Part shown: positions 9,324-17,867 of the stretch, one piece after another
Position numbering within the stretch: the first letter of the stretch is position 1
Layout of the letters: each line of letters starts with the position of its first letter
Assembly: GCA_016213445.1 (NCBI GenBank)
Contig: JACRAJ010000001.1
Location: 142,203-206,202 of the forward strand
Source: Candidatus Azambacteria bacterium
GTDB lineage: Bacteria; Patescibacteriota; Minisyncoccia; UBA10092
Direction: 5' to 3'
DNA length: 64,000 bases
The notes under the pieces: generated by a model
Database searches by the model: none
Seen by the model: the letters and a program-made list of their open reading frames with translations, nothing else
What the model was told of the DNA's origin: nothing
Made by a program: the position numbers and the translations under genes

Positions 9324-11357
9324 CTATCCTTTTCTTTCTTCAAGGGGCGGAATTTTTGCGTACGGACCCACCACGGTTATTGCAGGCGCTTCTTTTTTAA
9401 GTCCTTCTTTCTTTTCTTCTTCTCCAAGACTTATTTTGAAGAATGTACTGCCCGGAGATTTTTGAATCCACTTTGCTAAACGGGGATTGTCAGTTTTAAA
9501 TTGTTCAATGCCGATTTCTTTAATTCCGTCTTCAATTGCGTCAATTATGTCGCTACGGTCATTTTTGGCGGCGTTCATAACGTGTTCGCCGGTGAATTTA
9601 TTCGCCATCACCGTTATAACTTCTTTATTTTTCAGCGACAGTTCGTTGATTTTGAAAGCGTCCGCCGATTTAATTTTTCCTATTATTTCATCCAAGGATT
9701 TTTCGAGAACTTTTGCCGATTCAACGGGAAGCGTCGCGTACAATTCTTTTTCTATTCCGTTATTTTTAGCCCTGCGGACAAGTTCTTCCCTTTGTTCGAT
9801 GTTATAACCGTTTTTATCGCTTAATTCGCCCGGCATTTTATCCGCGGCGATTTTAATGAAGTCGCCTTCTTTCCCGTACCGTTTCGCTTCATCAAGCATT
9901 GGCATTAATTGCTCCGCGGTTGGTTTGAATCTTTTCTTTTCCATCAGCGTTTGCCGTACGGCTAAGCGTTCTTGAGGCGCCAAAATTCCCTTTTGTGCCT
10001 GCTCAAGCACGGCCGGATCGACATTTTTGTATTTATCGTACGCCGTGGAATAAGCTTTTCGCTCCGCTTCGAGTTGTTTCAAGTAAGCGCCTCTTACGCC
10101 GGGAACGGCAACCGCCGCGCCGCCGATGGCGGCGCCAATTTTTCGCAAACCGCCTCGCAAACCGGTTGGCGGCGGCGCGCCTTCAGGCAATGGCCGGGTC
10201 CATTCAAGGCCTTTTCTGCGCGCGTATCTTCCCGCCCAGTTTCTAGTACCCGTTCCCCACTTCTTTAATATATCTTGAGAACCTTTTGCTCCGTATACTC
10301 CAAAATTCTGCGCCACGATGAGGGCGCCGAACATCAGCGCGATAACCAAAATCCACTGGAAAATCGCCGAAGGCAGTGAAACCTGGGTTAATCCGTCGGC
10401 CACCGTATTCCACCCCTGCGGCGACGTTCCGAAAAACACGTCGCCGCGGATTTTGCCGCTCTGGTCAAAAATCGACAGCGAAAGGTAAATCATAAAAACA
10501 TAAATAGGGGCGAAAAAAGCCCACTGGATAAATTTATTCCACCACTGGCTGAAATATTTGCTTGTCGCCGGCAAAATCCAAAGCATCCACACGATGGGCG
10601 CAAAAATCAGCAGCATCCAGATATATAGGATTCTCACGATTAAAAATATGGCCGTGGCGCCGAAAACGAACACGGTAATCACAAGGCCGATTAAGGTTAA
10701 AACCATACCCACAAGACCTGCGACGGCGCTTGCTCCGAATTGGGTTATGCCTTGCATCACGGTAGTTGGCAACGCCGGATTGTAAAAATTAGTGATTTTC
10801 ATGGCGTTCGCCAGTTTTACGGTGATAGTCGTAAAGCCTTGGCCCGTGGATTGTTTTATGAAATATGTCGTTAAAACTTGCGTGAAGTCGATGATAAATC
10901 CGGCTATTACCAGGCTGAAATTCACCAAAAGCGCCGCCACCAACACTTTCCACCAAAGCTGTTTTATGGCGTACGACTGAATTCTTAAAACCGTGGAAAA
11001 AGCGATGACCAAAAGAATTAAAATGAGAAACATATTGCCGAGGTCGCGGGTGATGCCCCATCCAAGCTTGACAACCATGGCATTGGTGAAAGAAAAATTG
11101 CTGGGAGAAAGAATGTAGTCGATTATTTGGGCTTCAAGATAGAGTATTACTCCAAAAATGGCGCCGAAAATCGTGCTGACGAAATCAGAGATGCCGAGCA
11201 AAGCCTTGGCGCTTATCCAACCCAGAAGTGTGTCTGCGATGCTACTATCGTCTTTTTCCGCCGCGACAGCGGAAAACGGGAAGATAAAATTAAAAACAAT
11301 TACCGCAATTACGATTAATCCGAGATATTTTTTATTTTTTGTCAAGAAGTTTTTCAT
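9324..11357 (-). CDS. VirB6/TrbL-like polytopic T4SS channel protein (by topology and context)
   Basis: 677 aa. At least 6 hydrophobic helices occupy the first roughly 370 aa, followed by a long hydrophilic tail. It is adjacent to the PrgI/VirB4 genes. Confidence 0.6.
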   Translation of the reverse strand: MKNFLTKNKKYLGLIVIAVIVFNFIFPFSAVAAEKDDSSIADTLLGWISAKALLGISDFVSTIFGAIFGVILYLEAQIIDYILSPSNFSFTNAMVVKLGWGITRDLGNMFLILILLVIAFSTVLRIQSYAIKQLWWKVLVAALLVNFSLVIAGFIIDFTQVLTTYFIKQSTGQGFTTITVKLANAMKITNFYNPALPTTVMQGITQFGASAVAGLVGMVLTLIGLVITVFVFGATAIFLIVRILYIWMLLIFAPIVWMLWILPATSKYFSQWWNKFIQWAFFAPIYVFMIYLSLSIFDQSGKIRGDVFFGTSPQGWNTVADGLTQVSLPSAIFQWILVIALMFGALIVAQNFGVYGAKGSQDILKKWGTGTRNWAGRYARRKGLEWTRPLPEGAPPPTGLRGGLRKIGAAIGGAAVAVPGVRGAYLKQLEAERKAYSTAYDKYKNVDPAVLEQAQKGILAPQERLAVRQTLMEKKRFKPTAEQLMPMLDEAKRYGKEGDFIKIAADKMPGELSDKNGYNIEQREELVRRAKNNGIEKELYATLPVESAKVLEKSLDEIIGKIKSADAFKINELSLKNKEVITVMANKFTGEHVMNAAKNDRSDIIDAIEDGIKEIGIEQFKTDNPRLAKWIQKSPGSTFFKISLGEEEKKEGLKKEAPAITVVGPYAKIPPLEERKG

Positions 11358-11366
11358 AAAAAAGAA

Positions 11367-12926
11367 TTACGGAGCGGGCGTTGCGCTTGAACAAAGAGTC
11401 AGTTGTTGTTGATAAGAACTCATGGCCTGTTGTTTTTGGCTGGCTTCGTTTTGCGCGGCCAAAACCAGGCTGTAAGTTGCCGCCGGGTTGATAACGCCGG
11501 CCACCTTGGCCCAAACGGAAGGAATTTGCGTTACATCGGTTATGGCTTTTATTTCCTGTTCTTTGGTTTGGAGGGCGATAATATCGGATTGGATTTTGGG
11601 AATTTGATCCGATATATTTGATACCGCGCTTTGAACGGAAAGTATGGTTGAAGCCGTGCCCGCGGCCAAAGCGGGCGACGTCGACGCCTGACAGTCTTTA
11701 AGTTGGTTTAAAATACCGATTGATTGATTTAAAATAAACAAAGTGCTTTGCTTTGCTCCCAAAAGCTGATTTTGATACGCCAAATCTTGCTCTATTGTGG
11801 CTATGAGGTTATTTTTTTGGAATTCTCTTATATCCGCTCCGCTTTGTATCGCGTTTATACAGTTGTTGTACGCCGCCGTGCCCAAAAGTTGGGCGCATTG
11901 ATATTGGGCGGAAGAGGCTCCCCCGCCTCCGCCGCCGCTTGTGCTTGCGCTGGTTGAGAATGCCGAATGCAAAAGCCCGACTCCTTCGGCGAACACTCTG
12001 TTTAACAACGCGTTAACGATCGCTCCGACATAAGCGGCGAAATCATTGGCATTGACAATGTAATCGATGTCCGAGCCGCCGGCTTTTGCCGCCATGTCGC
12101 CGACAAAGGCGCCCGGAGTTACAATGCCTCTTTTGTTGCAAGATGCCGCGTCGCATTCTTCCGCGCTCAATCCACTTGCCAAACATTGCTGGTATCCTTC
12201 GTAATTTCTTTCAAGACATCCGCCCTTGACGCTCAAAAACCCTCTTCCGGCTTGAGCTTCGGCGGCCGCGGCTTTGGCCGCCGCCGATTTTTCGATTTCA
12301 TACTGGTCCCAAGCCATAAGATACGCGCCGTAAACGTTGTTTTGCGGCCTTAACACCATTTCCTGCCAAGCAACCCAGCCGCCGCTTCGAAAATCTTTTA
12401 GAAACGCATCGAGATTCGCCCCAACCTTGCTTAAGGTGCAAGCGCTGCGCGTGGAAAATGTGGGGATCGGAATAAAACCGGCGCCCAATAGCGCCTTAAA
12501 AGGCGAACAAAGATTTACCCCGTATTTTGAATTAAAGTTGTCAAGAAAATGGCCGGCGGTCTGGTCAACCGCATCCCGGAAAAATCCGGGCCAGTCGGTT
12601 ATGAATTTAGGATCGCCTCCCCCTTGGATCCAGCGGACGATCTGATCGACTATCATATTTAAAAGTTGCCGTTTCAAAGCCTCCCCCGCCGCTTTGAACG
12701 ACCATTCGAAAAAACCTTGTGTCGTATTGGCTACAGTCGACGCAGATCCGATACCAGTAGCTGCGGCTATAATATTGGAATTAACGAGTATATCCGATGT
12801 CATTAATTGCATGCCAATATCTTGCACTTCCAATGTAGCATGCGTTGTTTTTGGAACGCTTGAAAATAAAATAGCGGCGAGTAAAAAAAGTATTGCGGTT
12901 TTTTTATTAAAAAATTTCGGCATCAA
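11367..12926 (-). CDS. Secreted hypothetical protein (Cys pairs, Gly run)
   Basis: 519 aa with a signal peptide (…SVPKTTHA). Several Cys residues and a GGGGGG run are present. Part of the T4SS-like operon. Confidence 0.65.
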   Translation of the reverse strand: MMPKFFNKKTAILFLLAAILFSSVPKTTHATLEVQDIGMQLMTSDILVNSNIIAAATGIGSASTVANTTQGFFEWSFKAAGEALKRQLLNMIVDQIVRWIQGGGDPKFITDWPGFFRDAVDQTAGHFLDNFNSKYGVNLCSPFKALLGAGFIPIPTFSTRSACTLSKVGANLDAFLKDFRSGGWVAWQEMVLRPQNNVYGAYLMAWDQYEIEKSAAAKAAAAEAQAGRGFLSVKGGCLERNYEGYQQCLASGLSAEECDAASCNKRGIVTPGAFVGDMAAKAGGSDIDYIVNANDFAAYVGAIVNALLNRVFAEGVGLLHSAFSTSASTSGGGGGGASSAQYQCAQLLGTAAYNNCINAIQSGADIREFQKNNLIATIEQDLAYQNQLLGAKQSTLFILNQSIGILNQLKDCQASTSPALAAGTASTILSVQSAVSNISDQIPKIQSDIIALQTKEQEIKAITDVTQIPSVWAKVAGVINPAATYSLVLAAQNEASQKQQAMSSYQQQLTLCSSATPAP

Positions 12927-12935
12927 AATATAAAA

Positions 12936-13745
12936 TCAAGATTGATTGAATTTTTTTACGAACGCATTGAATTTATTTTGCAGATCCAGCCAACTTTGCA
13001 AAACAACTTTAAATTGTTCCGTCGCCGCCATTGCGCCCATAGGGTCGTTTTCAATGTTGGCAAACGCCCTTAATACATTCGCGGTGATTCTTAACAGCCG
13101 GATTTCGTCTATCGTTAAATTTTTTAAACTTGATGGAACGGGTATTTGTTCGAGTTGGTCGGCAGCTGTTTCATAAGCGGTTATTATCGGCGAAAGTTTT
13201 TCCATTCCGGTGTCATTGTTTGCGACTATGCTGTTTAACGTATCAAAAAGGGAACCGAGGGGCTTTAAATTTTTATTCAATACCGCCTGCATTTCCAAAA
13301 TATATTTTTTTATCGCCGGCTTACTATTGTCGTTTGAAATTTTAAGGCTTGGCGGATTGATGTTTAAAATGTTTTCATTTGCTTTTTTCAGTCCGTCGGA
13401 AATAAAATTTTCCGCCATGGCGTTTACATCGGGCGCGTTAAGCCCCGGATTTGACGAATCGATTTTCGGGTTCGAATTTTTGGAGATTAGTTCCTCTGTT
13501 AATTTTGCCGCAAAATTGTCGGTTATGTTTTGCGTTCCCCTGATTGTCGGGATGATATTGTTTGAAAGATCGCCGATTTTATTATCCGTTAAGTTGTTTG
13601 TTTGATTTTCGTCGGCGGAAGCGAGGTAATTGGCGCCATTATTGTTCACATATACGGTTTTTGAAGCCGGCGCAAACGCAAAAACGCCGAAAGCGACTCC
13701 GGCCGATATCGCGAATGCGATTGCAAAGCGGTTTTTTATAATCAT
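12936..13745 (-). CDS. Secreted/anchored hypothetical protein, first gene of the T4SS-like operon
   Basis: 269 aa with an N-terminal TM. On the minus strand a TATAAT sits about 11 nt upstream of the ATG. Confidence 0.65.
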   Translation of the reverse strand: MIIKNRFAIAFAISAGVAFGVFAFAPASKTVYVNNNGANYLASADENQTNNLTDNKIGDLSNNIIPTIRGTQNITDNFAAKLTEELISKNSNPKIDSSNPGLNAPDVNAMAENFISDGLKKANENILNINPPSLKISNDNSKPAIKKYILEMQAVLNKNLKPLGSLFDTLNSIVANNDTGMEKLSPIITAYETAADQLEQIPVPSSLKNLTIDEIRLLRITANVLRAFANIENDPMGAMAATEQFKVVLQSWLDLQNKFNAFVKKFNQS

Positions 13746-13823
13746 TTCATTAAATTATACCGCAAAAAATTCTCTTGTTAAAGCGGAGTTTTTACGCAAT
13801 ATGTGGATAACTCGAATAGCGAT

Positions 13824-13971
13824 AAAAATAAAATCAAATATAATTTTTCTCGCGCGTTCGCCCCGCCGGCGCGGGGCTCTCTGTCCGTTCTCGCCCCGAC
13901 GCTCCCGCTACGCGGAGACCATGCCGTCGGGGCTGCGGAAGCTGCGAAAAATTATATTTGATTTTATTTTT
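13824..13971 (+). repeat. Palindromic structured intergenic element, copy 1 (148 bp)
   Basis: Perfect 25-bp AT-rich terminal inverted arms: 13824-13848 AAAAATAAAATCAAATATAATTTTT pairs with 13947-13971. The GC-rich core has hairpin CCCCGC-CGGC-GCGGGG, a long stem GCCCCGACG/CGTCGGGGC, and conserved TGTCCG, ACCATGC and AAGCTGCG blocks. Confidence 0.85.
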
Positions 13972-14806
13972 CTTTCTTAATTTTGTATGGAATTTCGGTT
14001 GTCAGAGAAAGCCATTGTTTCAAACTTAAATTTTCCGCTCTGGCGTTTTCCGGAATATCCAGTTTTTTGAATATTTTCGCGAGTTTTTCTTTTGGCGCGC
14101 CGAATTTTTTGGAAAGGTTTCCGATTAGTTTTTTTCTCGGCTGGGAAAAGCCGGCTTTAACAGTCGCAAAAAACGCGCCGCGCGTCTTTTGCGGCGGCTT
14201 TTTGCGGGGAATGATTTTTATTATAGCCGAATCAATTTTTGGCTTGGGCCAAAAAGCTTCCGCCGGAACATAATCGACAATTTTTGCGTCGGCGTAAAAT
14301 TGAACGCTTGCCGCCAAAAGATTCGCGCGAGGAGGTTTTGCGCATATTCTTTGCGCCACTTCTTTTTGAACCATTAAGACCATTAATTGCGGAGGTTTTT
14401 CGGCTTCCAGCCACTGCCGTATTAAAAAAACGGCGATGTTATATGGCAAATTCGCCGCAATTTTATATTTTTCGAGCGATAGGTTTCCGACACCTATCGA
14501 TCGGGCGTCGGCGTGGACAATTTTTATGTTTGAAAAATCGGCCAGCGTTTCTTTTAAAATTGAAATCATCAGCGGATCTTTTTCAATGGCGGTGATTTTA
14601 GCGCCGGCTTTCGCCAGTTCCCGGGTAAGCGCGCCAAGCCCCGGCCCGATTTCGACAATCGCATCGCTTTTCTTTATTTCCGCGGCGGCAGTCATTTGAT
14701 TAAGGGCTTTTTTTGACAAAATAAAATGCTGGCCAAGGTATTTTTCCGCCCTCGCCCCGTGTTTTTTCAGCAGTTCTTTTATTGTTGTCTTGTCGGTTAA
14801 GTCCAT
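13964..14806 (-). CDS. rsmA: 16S rRNA (adenine1518/1519-N6)-dimethyltransferase
   Basis: 280 aa. Contains the SAM motif VEIGPGLGALT and overall KsgA architecture. The stop codon lies inside the arm of repeat copy 1. Confidence 0.9.
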   Translation of the reverse strand: MDLTDKTTIKELLKKHGARAEKYLGQHFILSKKALNQMTAAAEIKKSDAIVEIGPGLGALTRELAKAGAKITAIEKDPLMISILKETLADFSNIKIVHADARSIGVGNLSLEKYKIAANLPYNIAVFLIRQWLEAEKPPQLMVLMVQKEVAQRICAKPPRANLLAASVQFYADAKIVDYVPAEAFWPKPKIDSAIIKIIPRKKPPQKTRGAFFATVKAGFSQPRKKLIGNLSKKFGAPKEKLAKIFKKLDIPENARAENLSLKQWLSLTTEIPYKIKKEK

Positions 14807-14818
14807 ATTATTCCAACC

Positions 14819-16687
14819 TTATTTCCGGCAGGTCGTCTGCGCCGAGCCGTATCCGTCGACCAAAGAACGGAAATTAACCAGATTCTGCGGCAATTCCATT
14901 ATAAACCGCGACGGCAATGTTTCTTTCTTTTCGCCCCACAACGCGCGTTGTTTTGCGAACAGCAGTTTTAAATATTTTTTCGCCCGCGTCATTCCAACGT
15001 AGCAAAGCCGCCTCTCTTCTTCCAAATCCTGAAAAGAATAGGCCGAACGGGAATGAGGCATTAAATTTTCTTCGGCTCCGGCGATAAAAACAGCGTCGAA
15101 TTCCAAGCCTTTCGCCGAATGGAGCGTCATTAAATTAAGCTGTTTGCCGGCGCCCGCATTTCTTTCCGTTTGCATTAAAGCGACCTCGGCGAGAAAATCT
15201 CCGATATTTTCATGCATCCCGGCCAAGCCGATAAGTTCTTTTATATTTTTAATTCTTGATTCAAATTCCGGTTCGCCGTCCGGCCCGAAATCGGGAAATT
15301 TTTTCTCCAAATAATCGTAATAGCCGGTTTGTTTGACGACGGCTTTTACGAATTCCGCCGGCGATAAAATTTCGGTTTGTTTTTTTAAATTTTCCCAATC
15401 GGCAACCGGCTGTCCGCCTTGGGCGGCAAACGCTCTTTTGCCGATAATTCCGACGATTCTTTTCAGGCTGATTTCATCTTTCGGGCTTTGCGCCAGCCGC
15501 AAATAAGCCAAAACGTCTTTTATTTCTTTTCTTTGGTAAAATTTTACGCCGCCGATTATGCGATACGGCAGGTTGGCGTAAAGGCAGGCTTCTTCAAGAA
15601 CCCGGGATTGCGCGTTGGTTCGGTATATCACGACAATTTCATCAAGATCGATGCCCGAATATTTGTTGAGATTTATCGCTTCGTTCACGATGAATTCGGC
15701 CTCTTTCCTTTCGTTGGCGGTTTCAATGACTTCTATCAGCGCTCCCGGAGAATTTTCGGTCCACAATTTTTTTTCTTTTCTTTCGGTGTTTTTTGTAATA
15801 ATTTCATTGCTGGCGTTTAAAATGTTTCCGGTGGAGCGGTAATTTTGTTCAAGTTTCACCAGTTTGGCATCGGGATAATCTTTTTCAAAATTCAAAATAT
15901 TTCTGAAATCGGCATGCCGCCAGCCGTAAATCGCCTGATCGGGGTCGCCGATGGCGAAAATATTTTTGTATTTTTGCGCCAGAAGGCTTATTAAAAGATA
16001 TTGGGCGCGGTTGGTGTCTTGATATTCATCAACTAAAATATGCCGGTATTGTTTCCGGTATTTTTCCAGAATTTCCGGCCGCGACTGCCAAATTTTTATC
16101 GGCAATATTATCAAATCGTCAAAATCGACTGCATTGGCGGCTTTGAGGCGGCTCTCATAGAGGTTATAAAAATCGGCGAATTGTTTTTTGTAAAAATCGT
16201 CGGCGCCGGCATTTTCGTAATCTTTCAATTCGCTTTTTATTTTGGAAACCAAATTTAAAAAAGAAGCGGGTTTGAATTTTTCCCGCGACAAGTTCATTTC
16301 GGCCATAATGTCTTTGGCCAAATTAAGCGCGTCGTCTTCGTCGTAAATAACGAAATTCTTTTTATATCCCAAACATTCTATTTCTTGCCTTAGAATTTTT
16401 ACGCCGAAGCTGTGGAACGTGCCTACAAATAAATTTTCAATTTTCAATTTTAAATTTTCAATTTCAAGGAGTTTTTTTATTCTGTTTCTCATTTCTTCCG
16501 CGGCCTTATTGGTAAACGTTACCGCGAGTATGTTTTCGGGATTTATTCCTTGCGACAACATATGGGCGATGCGGTGGGTCAAGGTTTTGGTTTTGCCGCT
16601 GCCGGCGCCGGCCAAAATCAAAACCGGACCGCCGATGGTTGTCGCGGCCTCCCTTTGTTTTTCATTTAGTCCGGCTAATATATTCAT
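14819..16687 (-). CDS. pcrA: UvrD/PcrA-family ATP-dependent DNA helicase
   Basis: 622 aa. Motifs seen: AGAGSGKT, VDEYQDTN, and TLHSAKGLEF...YVGMTRA. Confidence 0.9.
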   Translation of the reverse strand: MNILAGLNEKQREAATTIGGPVLILAGAGSGKTKTLTHRIAHMLSQGINPENILAVTFTNKAAEEMRNRIKKLLEIENLKLKIENLFVGTFHSFGVKILRQEIECLGYKKNFVIYDEDDALNLAKDIMAEMNLSREKFKPASFLNLVSKIKSELKDYENAGADDFYKKQFADFYNLYESRLKAANAVDFDDLIILPIKIWQSRPEILEKYRKQYRHILVDEYQDTNRAQYLLISLLAQKYKNIFAIGDPDQAIYGWRHADFRNILNFEKDYPDAKLVKLEQNYRSTGNILNASNEIITKNTERKEKKLWTENSPGALIEVIETANERKEAEFIVNEAINLNKYSGIDLDEIVVIYRTNAQSRVLEEACLYANLPYRIIGGVKFYQRKEIKDVLAYLRLAQSPKDEISLKRIVGIIGKRAFAAQGGQPVADWENLKKQTEILSPAEFVKAVVKQTGYYDYLEKKFPDFGPDGEPEFESRIKNIKELIGLAGMHENIGDFLAEVALMQTERNAGAGKQLNLMTLHSAKGLEFDAVFIAGAEENLMPHSRSAYSFQDLEEERRLCYVGMTRAKKYLKLLFAKQRALWGEKKETLPSRFIMELPQNLVNFRSLVDGYGSAQTTCRK

Positions 16688-16874
16688 GTCTGATGGGATT
16701 TAGTATAGCGGCAAATTCTTCAATCTCAAAATTTCAGCGTGCGCGGCAATAATGGCTGGGGATAACTACCTTGACCGGCGGAGTGGCCGCTTGGTAAAAT
16801 TAAAAATACCAGCTTGGCAGATTTGCTGTTATTACTCTTAATTTTGGCTTATTTATACCATTTTTAGACAAATT

Positions 16875-17690
16875 TTGCTGAAAGGCAAAAAACACCCCTT
16901 GGGGGCGTCTTTGTTTTTAATTTTGGCTTTGATTTTTGCCGCGCATTCCTTTAATTTTGGCGACTTGATCGGAAAAATCGGATTGGGAAAAGACTCGATT
17001 GTCGGCGGCGAGGTTACAGAAATCGTGTCGGCGCCTTCATTGACTGACGGATTGAGGGAAAATCCAATGTTTCAATCGGCTTTAGCCGCTTCCGCGGAAA
17101 TAAGCGGCGGCAATGACATTGATCTTGAAAGCGCTCCTTATGACGCGAGAGATCTTTTAATAACCGGAGAGGATTCGATTCTTCAAAACCAAAATCCGAT
17201 GACCGAGCCGCCGGTTGTTGAGCCAAAGTCTTCGCCGGCGCCGGCTAGGCCCAAAAAAGCGCCTTTGCCGCGCTATACCGCCGGTCCTTATCTCGACGGC
17301 TATTTTATTTTTCCAACCAACGGTTTCAATCGCGGGAAGCTTCACGCTTATAATGCCATTGACATATCGCGCGGCGACAGCTGCCTTTCCGAAAATATTC
17401 CGGTTTACGCGGCGGCTTCGGGGGCGGTATCGGCGGTTTATCCCACCGACAGCGCCAGTCGTTATGCCAACGGCGGCTACGGCAACAATATTTTAATTCT
17501 TCATCCTAACGGAGTTTCAACTCGCTATGCCCACCTGAAATCAATTTTAGTTTCAACCGGCCAATACGTTAATCAAGGAAGCATTATCGCTTTTATGGGC
17601 GGCTATCCGGGCAATGTCGGTTCGGGCAATTCAACGGGCTGCCACCTTCACTTTGAAGTCCGCGGCGCCAAAAACCCGTTTGTGAGGTAA
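16875..17690 (+). CDS. M23/LytM-family peptidoglycan endopeptidase
   Basis: 271 aa with a TTG start and an N-terminal TM. Contains the HxxxD-type motif (HAYNAIDI) and a C-terminal GCHLHFEV. Confidence 0.85.
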   Translation: MLKGKKHPLGASLFLILALIFAAHSFNFGDLIGKIGLGKDSIVGGEVTEIVSAPSLTDGLRENPMFQSALAASAEISGGNDIDLESAPYDARDLLITGEDSILQNQNPMTEPPVVEPKSSPAPARPKKAPLPRYTAGPYLDGYFIFPTNGFNRGKLHAYNAIDISRGDSCLSENIPVYAAASGAVSAVYPTDSASRYANGGYGNNILILHPNGVSTRYAHLKSILVSTGQYVNQGSIIAFMGGYPGNVGSGNSTGCHLHFEVRGAKNPFVR

Positions 17691-17702
17691 ATTGCTTGAT
17701 TC

Positions 17703-17857
17703 TAAATAAAAACCAAATATAATTTTCCTCGCGCATTCGCCTCGCCAGCGCGAGGCTCATTGTCCGATGAAAGCATTTTATTTTTCCGCCTAAAGCGGAA
17801 AAAACCATGCTAAAATGTTTTCATAAGCTTCGGAAAATTATATTTGGTTTTTATTTA
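17703..17857 (+). repeat. Palindromic structured intergenic element, copy 2 (155 bp)
   Basis: Arms at 17704-17726 and 17834-17856 are perfectly complementary over 23 bp. The core has hairpin CCTCGC-CAGC-GCGAGG, stem ATGAAAGCATTTTA/TAAAATGTTTTCAT, and an inner hairpin TTTTTCCGC...GCGGAAAAA. ACCATGC and AAGCTTCG are conserved. Confidence 0.85.
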
Positions 17858-17867
17858 CTTATCAATA

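Noticed and set aside
13824-13971. Hammerhead or other small self-cleaving ribozyme inside the palindromic elements
   Set aside because: A CUGAUGA-like string (CCGATGA) occurs only in copies 2 and 3 and falls in a covarying stem. Copies 1 and 4 lack it, and no conserved catalytic core could be laid out.
16688-16874. Cyclic-di-AMP (ydaO-type) riboswitch in the 187-nt leader of the M23 peptidase gene
   Set aside because: Cell-wall hydrolase genes often carry it, and the leader has GCTGGGGATAAC and ...CGGCGGAGTGGCCGC. However, I could not lay out the pseudo-two-fold architecture or the conserved ACGR/CCGA elements, so it needs a covariance-model scan.
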